DNA of 64,000 bases from an uncultured Bacilli bacterium (lineage in GTDB: Bacteria > Bacillota_I > Bacilli_A > RF39 > UBA660), in assembly GCA_934086145.1 (NCBI GenBank), contig CAKOHV010000004.1, forward strand, positions 2,354-66,353. Reading direction: 5' to 3'. Positions 1-7,511 of this stretch are shown one piece after another (position 1 is the stretch's first letter; every line of letters starts with the position of its first letter). The notes under the pieces are model-generated. The model saw nothing but the letters and a program-made list of their open reading frames with translations, was not told the origin of the DNA and did not search any database. Made by a program: the position numbers and the translations under genes.

Positions 1-993
1 TCCTAATTCTTTAGCAATTTCATCATAATGAGGCTCATGCGGATATATACCATCACTAGGGTCAATATTTAACCCAATTTTAACACCTCTATCATGTAAA
101 TATTTGACAAATTCATTAGGTTTAGGAAATAATTCTCTATTGAATGTAAAGCCCGAACTAAATCTTCGTAAATTATTTTTATCTTTTAAATGCCAGTTAT
201 CTCCTAATAGCAAGATACTAAGTGGAATCTTATGCTTATTAAAATTAATTAACAGCTTCTTAACATCATCGAAATTATAATAATCTGTTTTATTCCACCA
301 TATTCCAAGAGCATAACGTGGAATAAGTGGTGGCATCCCTGTTAAAGTAAAATAACTTTGTAAACAATTTCCAAAATCCTTATTATATAAAAAAACGTAC
401 GTATCAATTCTTTTTTTATCATTAAAGATAATAGATCCATCTTCCCCAATAAAATTAGACTTCGAATCATCAATAGATACAAAACCTTCTGAAGAATAAA
501 GTCCTTTTTGTTTGTAAAAGATATCCTCTATTTTTTTCTTCATATATTTAAAATCTTTAGCCTTATCATCTTGAACCGGCGCCTTCTGACTCTTATCAAA
601 ATCACCAATTATTCCATAATAATTACGCGCTTCTGGATGGTTAAAATACCATTGCTTGTTATCTGAATCCAAAAGTTTTATCCGAAAATTTACATCAGGG
701 GCATAAGCTGTTCCAACAAAAGGCTTTTCTTTGATATATTGTAAATTAAAATATTTCGTTGTTATATCCAAAAATCCTTCATTCTGGTCAACTTTCATTT
801 GTGGAACACTAAAATTTCTGAAGCTTGCAAATTCTGTCGGACGATCTTCGAAATATCCTTCATCACTAAATTCAAGTCTAACAAGTAAATCGCTTAATAT
901 TGTTATACGATAAAATTGTCCTTGAAAAACCGCCTGCGGTTTGCTTATTGCATCTTCATAATTTACTGCAAAATGTTCTCCTAACTTAGCCAT
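1..993 (-). CDS. Glycoside hydrolase family 31-like protein (alpha-glucosidase/xylosidase type), C-terminal part cut by the window edge
   Basis: Own minus-strand translation from ATG at 993 (RBS GGGTGA upstream): MAKLGEHFAVNYEDAISKPQ...LTGMPPLIPRYALGIWWNKTDYYNFDDVKKLLINFNKHKIPLSILLLGDNWH.... The frame stays open to position 1. The P-x-YALG...IPL block resembles the GH31 catalytic-domain entry. It is absent from the ORF track because it has no stop in the window. Confidence 0.55.
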   Translation of the reverse strand, partial: MAKLGEHFAVNYEDAISKPQAVFQGQFYRITILSDLLVRLEFSDEGYFEDRPTEFASFRNFSVPQMKVDQNEGFLDITTKYFNLQYIKEKPFVGTAYAPDVNFRIKLLDSDNKQWYFNHPEARNYYGIIGDFDKSQKAPVQDDKAKDFKYMKKKIEDIFYKQKGLYSSEGFVSIDDSKSNFIGEDGSIIFNDKKRIDTYVFLYNKDFGNCLQSYFTLTGMPPLIPRYALGIWWNKTDYYNFDDVKKLLINFNKHKIPLSILLLGDNWHLKDKNNLRRFSSGFTFNRELFPKPNEFVKYLHDRGVKIGLNIDPSDGIYPHEPHYDEIAKELG

Positions 994-1112
994 TTTTATC
1001 ACCCTTTTATATTATATAATCATCAAAAGTATATCATAATTTATTATTAACGACAATTAATATAATATCTAAAAAATAAGCATCATGTTATAATATCAGT
1101 GGTGATTTTCTT

Positions 1113-2039
1113 ATGTTTGAATATACAAGTGATAATAAACGATATCATACTCTTAACTATTATTATAAAAATAAATATGGTCATAAAACATGTAAAATTT
1201 CTTTAAACGCCAATTTTTCTTGTCCTAACAAAGAAAAGACTGGCCATGGTTGTATTTTCTGCTCGCGCCTTGGATCCGGTGATTTTGCAGGCAACAAAAC
1301 TCAAAGTTTAACCAAACAATTTTATGAAATTAAAGATATAATGGACAAAAAATGGCCTAATTGCTCTTACATCGGCTATTTTCAAGCTAACACCAATACT
1401 TACGCTGATGTTAACACTTTAAAAGAAAAATACGAAGAAGTTCTTAAACTTCCTAACGTAGTTGGCTTAAACATTGCCACTCGCAGTGATGCCATATCTC
1501 AAGAATGCTATGATTACTTAGAAGAACTATCTCATCGAACTAATTTGTGCATTGAATTAGGTTTACAATCTATGCATGAAAAGACTTTACAGTTTATTAA
1601 TCGCGGTCACGACTTACAAAATTTTGAAAAAGCAGTCAAAGAACTGCAAAGGCGCCACATCGAAGTCGTTGTTCATATTATTAATGGCTTACCAGGTGAA
1701 ACCAAACAAGACATGGTCGACACCGTAAAATACCTTAATAATTTAGGAATTAATGGTTTAAAAATCCATATGCTCCATATTATCAAAGATACTGACCTAG
1801 CCGACTATTATGAAAAGCATCCTTTTCATGTTCTTACAAAAGAAGAATACATCGATATTGTCATCACTCAACTAGAATATCTTTCTCCTAATATCGTTAT
1901 TCATCGTATTACCGGTGATCCTAAAAAAGAAGATTTAATTGAACCAACATGGCTTTTAAAAAAGTTCTGTGTCTTAAATGATATCGATAAAGAGATGAAA
2001 AAACGTCATACCTATCAAGGAAAAAAATTAACATCATAA
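1113..2039 (+). CDS. TIGR01212-family radical SAM protein (YhcC-like)
   Basis: 308-aa ORF with RBS GGTGA 7 nt upstream. The N-terminus, YHTLNYYYKNKYGHKTCKISLNANFSCPNKEKTGHGCIFCS, shows the characteristic CPN..GC.FC cluster of this family. Confidence 0.85.
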   Translation: MFEYTSDNKRYHTLNYYYKNKYGHKTCKISLNANFSCPNKEKTGHGCIFCSRLGSGDFAGNKTQSLTKQFYEIKDIMDKKWPNCSYIGYFQANTNTYADVNTLKEKYEEVLKLPNVVGLNIATRSDAISQECYDYLEELSHRTNLCIELGLQSMHEKTLQFINRGHDLQNFEKAVKELQRRHIEVVVHIINGLPGETKQDMVDTVKYLNNLGINGLKIHMLHIIKDTDLADYYEKHPFHVLTKEEYIDIVITQLEYLSPNIVIHRITGDPKKEDLIEPTWLLKKFCVLNDIDKEMKKRHTYQGKKLTS

Positions 2040-2055
2040 TTCTTTTTTAATTCTC

Positions 2056-3072
2056 TTACTTAACCAAAACTAAAGCATTTTTTGCAACTTTATCATCATT
2101 AGTTTTCTTAACATCTCGTTTACGGAAACGACATGTATATGTACAATCCGTTTGATTAGTTATTTCAAAATCAAGCGCTGCCAATTCAGATAACATCACT
2201 TGATTATCTTTTCTTACAATAACAAATAATTCATTAAAAGAAGAAACCTCAATAAATTTTGCTAAAGCTTCAATGGCATAATCATGTCCCACATAACTTT
2301 CATAGATTTTATATTCAATATGGGCATTAAATTTTAATGAAATATACCCTACAGGAATATTTTCCTCTCGTAAATATATTGTATAATCAACTGATGCAAA
2401 ATCAGCAATATCTTTCTTTTCCATATATAAATGTTCTGTTTTAATGCAATCAACATAACAAGTTTCATCAAAATTCTCTAATTTTTTCAAAGTCGAATCT
2501 ATTATATTAAAAGATATATCTGTTGGAATAACCATTTTTTCAACAATTGAATAATCATCTTTCTTAGTTAATTCCACCAAAATAACCGAATAATTTCTTA
2601 ACTTTTCAAAATGTTCACGATCAAAATGAAATCTTATTTCTTGCTGAGCATCTATATATTCAAGTAAATTAGTTTTATATTGCTTACTACGGGCATGACA
2701 ATCACATGCCATTTCTAATAAATCGAGGTCACTCATGTCATTAGGGCTATCATAGTGTTCTGGATGATGTGAATTACACTTCCAATGTAATTTTATTGCT
2801 TCCTGTTGCTTACTACTCAAAACATGTTCGACATCATGCATTGAATCGATTTCATCAACTATACTCGCCAAGCACATAAATTCTTCTGTATTCCTTAATT
2901 TAGATGCATCATGATCATGACAACGTTTCATCAATCTAATAGCATCAACACTTCGGTTGTTTTTAGTCAAATAAGCCGCTAAATAGTTGCCACTTCGTAC
3001 AACAAAGGCTTTATGTATTAAAGTATCATTAATTTCTCTAGTTAACTTTTCTGTACTAATTTCTTTTTTCAT
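2056..3072 (-). CDS. Hypothetical protein; His-rich N-terminal half (HD-like/DUF5662-like) and GNAT-like C-terminal half
   Basis: 338-aa ORF with RBS GGAGGA. The N-terminal half has CHDHDASK and HHPEHY His clusters. The C-terminal half (GYISLKFNAHIEYKIYESYVGHDYAIEALAKFIE) looks acetyltransferase-like. Domain calls are by eye only. Confidence 0.4.
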   Translation of the reverse strand: MKKEISTEKLTREINDTLIHKAFVVRSGNYLAAYLTKNNRSVDAIRLMKRCHDHDASKLRNTEEFMCLASIVDEIDSMHDVEHVLSSKQQEAIKLHWKCNSHHPEHYDSPNDMSDLDLLEMACDCHARSKQYKTNLLEYIDAQQEIRFHFDREHFEKLRNYSVILVELTKKDDYSIVEKMVIPTDISFNIIDSTLKKLENFDETCYVDCIKTEHLYMEKKDIADFASVDYTIYLREENIPVGYISLKFNAHIEYKIYESYVGHDYAIEALAKFIEVSSFNELFVIVRKDNQVMLSELAALDFEITNQTDCTYTCRFRKRDVKKTNDDKVAKNALVLVK

Positions 3073-3371
3073 TTCTGCAAGTCCTCCATGCTATAACAAA
3101 GTATTCTATCACAAAATTATAAAACGTCAATTTCCTATTATAAAAATATACTGAAATAAAAAAAAATATTCTTAAATAAAGAACGTCAATAATTAGTAAA
3201 TATTTTTTGTAAATAAATTTTTCTTACTTTTTCCATTATTTTATTTTTTTCTTATTTAAAGTCTCCTTCTTTCCGTGCTTTTTCTTAATTTTTAAAATTA
3301 ATCATGCCTATTTTTTTGACATTTTTCTTTTCTTAACTTTTATTTTTTATTTTAAAATTTGAATTACTTCA

Positions 3372-3400
3372 TTGACAAAAAAAATAAAATAATATATCAT
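3372..3400 (+). promoter_or_regulatory. Sigma-A-type promoter of candidate sRNA E1
   Basis: TTGACA (3372-3377), 17-18 nt spacer, then TATCAT (3395-3400). It sits in a 544-bp gap between two minus-strand genes. Confidence 0.45.
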
Positions 3401-3406
3401 TTAATT

Positions 3407-3507
3407 AGCATGATAAACGTCATGCTGGATCACTTTCATGATTATGTATGAAAGTGGATCAACCAAAACCCCCTGAAGGAGCCGAAAGGCTCCATTTTTG
3501 TTTGTTT
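3407..3507 (+). ncRNA. Candidate ~100-nt structured small RNA (E1) with an unpaired C-rich motif
   Basis: Downstream of the promoter there are two hairpins: AGCATGA-taaacg-TCATGCT and GGATCACTTTCAT-gattatgt-ATGAAAGTGGATC. A single-stranded AACCAAAACCCCCU follows, then the terminator GGAGCC-gaaa-GGCTCC plus a T-run. No plus-strand ORF follows; both neighbouring genes are on the other strand. Confidence 0.35.
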
Positions 3508-3563
3508 AAATTTAAAAGAAAATGATAAATATAAATTTTACTATTCACTTTATTGTTATCATC

Positions 3564-3599
3564 AAAAAAAGGAAAGCATAAGAAAATTCAATACTTTCC
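3564..3599 (-). terminator. Putative intrinsic terminator of the ASCH gene
   Basis: On the minus strand: GGGAAAG-17 nt loop-CTTTCC followed by T7. The stem is weak (6 bp). Confidence 0.4.
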
Positions 3600-3616
3600 C
3601 ATCTTTTCTCAGATAG

Positions 3617-4015
3617 TTACTTCTTAGTTTCATCATCATAATTCCAAAGACCTAACTTCCCGTTACATAAAATTGGTTCTTCTAATACTTCTAGTAATTT
3701 TAATTGCCAAGCATACCTGCCCTCGGCATATATCCCACATTTATAATTATTAGACTCCTTATCAAGATGTTGCAAATATTCATCAGTCATTTCAATACAA
3801 TCAACAAGTTCACATTTACATAATATAAATCCGGGCTTTTCCTCTGACTTTAATAATTTCTCAGCTATATCAACCCCAGGCAACTTACTTTTACTAAGAC
3901 TCGCATGGATATAAATTGGTCCACGATAATTCGTTTTCCACCTACGAGTTTCGACCGTTTTAACGCCATCTTTTATTAACGTTGCGTACGGTTCATTTAA
4001 AGACAATACTTTCAT
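3617..4015 (-). CDS. ASCH (PUA-like) domain protein
   Basis: 132 aa with RBS GAGGTGGA. MKVLSLNEPYATLIKDGVKTVETRRWKTNYRGPIYIHAS is typical of stand-alone ASCH domain proteins. Confidence 0.7.
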   Translation of the reverse strand: MKVLSLNEPYATLIKDGVKTVETRRWKTNYRGPIYIHASLSKSKLPGVDIAEKLLKSEEKPGFILCKCELVDCIEMTDEYLQHLDKESNNYKCGIYAEGRYAWQLKLLEVLEEPILCNGKLGLWNYDDETKK

Positions 4016-4123
4016 AAATCCACCTCGTTGCCATTATATCAGAAAAATGAATGTCAATATTACTAATAATCTACTCTTTTTATAATTATTTACCATACAA
4101 TGTAGTATAATCAAGCTGAGGAT

Positions 4124-5173
4124 GTGATTTTTATCAAAACTGAAAAGAAAATAAAACACCATAAATTAAATACTCTCATTATATTTTTATTAACGATCTT
4201 AGTTCTTTGGCTATTATTAAGACATGACTACCAAAACATTATCAATTCTATTTTAAAAGCAAATATTATCTGGCTTTTTATAACTCTTATTATTTATCTT
4301 TTGTACTTTATCTTTGATCAACTATGTTTCTATAATATCTTAAAAACATATAAAAAAGACATTAGTTTTAAATATGTCTTATATCTAGGAATAATTACGA
4401 AGTTTTTTAATGGAATAACCCCGCTTTCAACTGGTGGTCAACCTCTCCAAGTGTATGAAATGCATAAAAAAGGTATTAGTGTTTCTAATGGAACTAACAT
4501 AGTTATTCAAAATTATATTGTTTTTCAAATTGTCTTTATGCTTTATAGTTGTATAGCCGTTATTTTAAACAATACCTTACATTTATTTGCTAAATCACCT
4601 ATTCTAGCTAATTTAACAATAATTGGCTTTGTAGCTAATTCCATTATTTTAATATTACTATTATTAATAAGCTTCTCTAAAAAATTTAATAAAACAATTG
4701 TAGTTAATATTATAAACCTTCTTGCTAAATTAAAAATAGTAAAAAATAAGGAAAAACAAATAAAAAAATGGACCAAAACTTGTGATGAATATTACCAAAA
4801 TGGTCAAGAACTAAGCAAACATAAAGCAACCTTTCTAAAATGTTGTCTTTACCAAATTATCAGTTTATTTCTTTACTATCTATTACCATTATTTATTGCT
4901 ATTGCTATCGGCTGTGCTAATAACTTAACTATCATTTCAACCATTGCTGCTGGCGCCTATATCTACATCATGAGTTGTTTCATTCCTATTCCTGGGGCCA
5001 CTGGTGGTACAGAGTATGGTTTCCATGGTTTCTTTGCTAATTTCATTAAAGAGCCAAAACTATCTGCTTTACTTATACTATGGCGCTTTATAACTTACTA
5101 CGCTCCTACGATCATCGGCGCTATCATCTTCAATATCGGTAGTAATACAAAAAAAGAATCAGATTCAGTCTAA
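4124..5173 (+). CDS. Flippase-like / lysylphosphatidylglycerol-synthase TM-region family membrane protein (UPF0104)
   Basis: 349 aa and polytopic. The motif ITPLSTGGQPLQVYEMHKKG is typical of this family. The GTG start is uncertain because the RBS GAGGA abuts it and there is no in-frame ATG nearby. Confidence 0.7.
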   Translation: MIFIKTEKKIKHHKLNTLIIFLLTILVLWLLLRHDYQNIINSILKANIIWLFITLIIYLLYFIFDQLCFYNILKTYKKDISFKYVLYLGIITKFFNGITPLSTGGQPLQVYEMHKKGISVSNGTNIVIQNYIVFQIVFMLYSCIAVILNNTLHLFAKSPILANLTIIGFVANSIILILLLLISFSKKFNKTIVVNIINLLAKLKIVKNKEKQIKKWTKTCDEYYQNGQELSKHKATFLKCCLYQIISLFLYYLLPLFIAIAIGCANNLTIISTIAAGAYIYIMSCFIPIPGATGGTEYGFHGFFANFIKEPKLSALLILWRFITYYAPTIIGAIIFNIGSNTKKESDSV

Positions 5174-7165
5174 GAACTCTAATTCTTTTAAAATCTTCAA
5201 ATACTGTGGATAATCCCTAAAATTATTCACAGTATTTTTTTCTACAAAAAAGCTAGCATCTTTTTTACATTGAACTAAAATCTTAAAGTCTCTTTTTATA
5301 TCTCCTATTTTAAAGACCATATCGCCACTTTGTCTGGTTCCAAACAAATCACCTTCACCACGTAATTCAAAATCTTTCTGACTAATATAAAAACCATCAT
5401 TACTTTCTTCCATAACTTTTAACCGAGGTGCCAAAGTATCACTTACTAAATAACAATAAGACTGTAAATCATTACGGCCAACCCGGCCTCGCAATTGATG
5501 AAGTGTAGCTAACCCAAACCTTTCAGCATTAAAAATAACCATCATCGTTGAATTTTTTACATCAACACCAACTTCGATTACCGTCGTACTGATTAAGATT
5601 TTTACCTCACCATTCTTAAACTCCGCCATTACTTCATCTTTTTCAGCATTTTTCATTTTTCCATGTAAAATAGCTGTTTTAATTTTATTATTAAAAGCTA
5701 TATCAAACTTATCTTTTAACTTCAAGACATCATTCAAATCCGAGTTACCATCTTCATCTTCTATTAAAGGCGCGACAACATAGATTTGATGACCTGCTTT
5801 AACTTCTTCTAACATATGAAACAATACCTGTTTTAAATTTTTTTGTGAAACAACCTTTGTAATTATATCTTTTCGCCCACTTGGTTTTTGTTTAATTACT
5901 GATGTATCCATATCGCCATACAAAGTCAAGGCATAAGTACGAGGAATCGGTGTTGCAGATAAATATAAAACATCAGATAAAACTCCTTTATTCTGTAAGA
6001 TTCCTCTTTGATTAACCCCAAAACGATGTTGTTCATCAGTTATGACTAGTCCAAGATTTTTAAAATGAACATCTTCGGAAATTAAAGCATGTGTCCCAAC
6101 TAAAATATCAACCTCCCCCTTTTGAATAGCAGAATAAACTTTATTCTTTTCACTTTTTTTCATACTTCCAACCAATAAAGAAACTCTAATTCCCGTTTGC
6201 GCAAATATATTTTTTATTCCCTCGTAATGTTGCCTTGCTAAAATCTCGGTTGGGGCCATCATTGAACTTTGATAACCAGCTAAATAATTAATATACATTC
6301 CAATTTCTGCCACGCAAGTTTTTCCACTACCAACGTCACCTAAAACCAAACGATTCATTCGTTTAGGGCTTACTAAGTCATCATAAATGTCTCTAATAGC
6401 GGTCAATTGATCTTGCGTAAGCTTAAAAGGCAAAGTAGCAATAAATTTTTCAACTTCAGCATACTCAACTTTTCTACTAATTCCCACATTGCTTAAATCA
6501 TACTGATATTTTAAGTAATTCATTTTGAACATAAAAATAAAAAATTCTTCATAAATACATCTTAGTCGGGCTTTTTTTAAAGCTTCTGTACTAGTCGGAA
6601 AATGAATATTATAAAGGGCTTCCTTTTTTACCATAAAATGATACTTTTCTTGCAAATAACTTGGTATATCATCTTCTAAATCAACTCTTAAAGTAAAGCA
6701 ATCACTTATTATCTTCGTCAATACTTTATTATTCAAACCATTTACTAAATGATAAACTGGTAAAACTTTAACTCCCGTAATCAATTCAAACTTAATATCA
6801 TTAGCCGCAAAGTTGTTTCTAACATTATCATACTTTCCAATTACATTTATTATCCGTCCAACTTTTAAGTTATTTTTATAAAAACCTCGATTAAATATTG
6901 TCACATTGATTAAATAACCATCGGCATTTAATCTAAAAGTCATTTTATTAAAATTTTTATTTATATAAGTAACATGTGGTTCACTTTCAACAATCCCTTT
7001 TATTGTACAAAGCGTTAAAGGTTTAACCTCATTCATTTTGATAACTTTTATAACTTCATATCGATAAGGATAATATTCTAATAGGTCTTCAACTGTATAT
7101 AGTTTAAGTTTATTTAAATAATCAAGCAACTTATCCCCAACGCCACCTACCAAACTAATATCCAT
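5165..7165 (-). CDS. recG: ATP-dependent DNA helicase RecG
   Basis: Walker A GDVGSGKT, DEQHRFG (DEAH-type box II), QLRGRVGR motif VI and an N-terminal wedge/OB region. Start moved to ATG 7165 (MDISLVGGVG, RBS GGTGAT) from the ORF-track start at 7213. TGA stop at 5165-5167. Confidence 0.95.
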   Translation of the reverse strand: MDISLVGGVGDKLLDYLNKLKLYTVEDLLEYYPYRYEVIKVIKMNEVKPLTLCTIKGIVESEPHVTYINKNFNKMTFRLNADGYLINVTIFNRGFYKNNLKVGRIINVIGKYDNVRNNFAANDIKFELITGVKVLPVYHLVNGLNNKVLTKIISDCFTLRVDLEDDIPSYLQEKYHFMVKKEALYNIHFPTSTEALKKARLRCIYEEFFIFMFKMNYLKYQYDLSNVGISRKVEYAEVEKFIATLPFKLTQDQLTAIRDIYDDLVSPKRMNRLVLGDVGSGKTCVAEIGMYINYLAGYQSSMMAPTEILARQHYEGIKNIFAQTGIRVSLLVGSMKKSEKNKVYSAIQKGEVDILVGTHALISEDVHFKNLGLVITDEQHRFGVNQRGILQNKGVLSDVLYLSATPIPRTYALTLYGDMDTSVIKQKPSGRKDIITKVVSQKNLKQVLFHMLEEVKAGHQIYVVAPLIEDEDGNSDLNDVLKLKDKFDIAFNNKIKTAILHGKMKNAEKDEVMAEFKNGEVKILISTTVIEVGVDVKNSTMMVIFNAERFGLATLHQLRGRVGRNDLQSYCYLVSDTLAPRLKVMEESNDGFYISQKDFELRGEGDLFGTRQSGDMVFKIGDIKRDFKILVQCKKDASFFVEKNTVNNFRDYPQYLKILKELEFLD

Positions 7166-7333
7166 TTTTATCACCAATAAAATTATAGCATACATTTGTT
7201 TCCAAAAAAACATTTTATCTCATTAAAAATAACAAAAAATTATACCAAAAAAGAGCATTTTTACTCAAAGTTATAGCCAAGTTTAATGACGGAAAATTTC
7301 TGCTTTTTTTTAACTTTTTTTACCGAAAAAACG

Positions 7334-7362
7334 TTGACAAAAAAGGCTTATAAAGTTAGTAT
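7334..7362 (+). promoter_or_regulatory. Sigma-A-type promoter of element E2
   Basis: TTGACA (7334-7339), 17 nt spacer, then TAGTAT (7357-7362). Confidence 0.45.
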
Positions 7363-7367
7363 ATTAA

Positions 7368-7471
7368 GTACCAATTCACTTTGAGGCGAATTGGTGCTAG
7401 TATCACACTAGCCAACCCCTTTTTATTCTTTTTTGGAGTTGTTCTCAGGGGGACAACTCCTATTTTTTTTT
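7368..7471 (+). ncRNA. Candidate structured RNA E2 (stand-alone sRNA or terminator-containing 5' leader of the 7512 gene)
   Basis: Two hairpins: GTACCAATTC-actttgaggc-GAATTGGTGC and GCTAGT-atcac-ACTAGC. An unpaired CCAACCCCUUUUUAUUC follows, then the terminator GGAGTTGT-tctcaggggg-ACAACTCC plus T9. It ends 40 nt upstream of the ATG at 7512. Confidence 0.35.
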
Positions 7472-7511
7472 GCTTTAAATTATGTTAAAATAAACAAACA
7501 AGGTGATCTTT

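Noticed and set aside
7166-7213. N-terminal extensions in the ORF track. These affect recG (to 7213), LCP (17490), GT2+GT4 (24854), acyltransferase (27474), the membrane protein (31004), the dockerin hydrolase (42650), LtaS (48801), the HExxH protein (51073) and DUF2207 (59765).
   Set aside because: In each case an internal ATG is preceded by a good Shine-Dalgarno at 5-10 nt and removes an implausible hydrophobic or odd leader, or an overlap with the upstream gene. The extended starts lack an RBS.
3407-7471. E1 and E2 as known riboswitch classes (preQ1, guanidine-II/III, c-di-GMP, fluoride, ZTP, T-box).
   Set aside because: Neither element contains the conserved cores I can recall for these classes. 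E1 has no downstream gene on its strand. The family was therefore left unassigned; an Rfam scan is needed.
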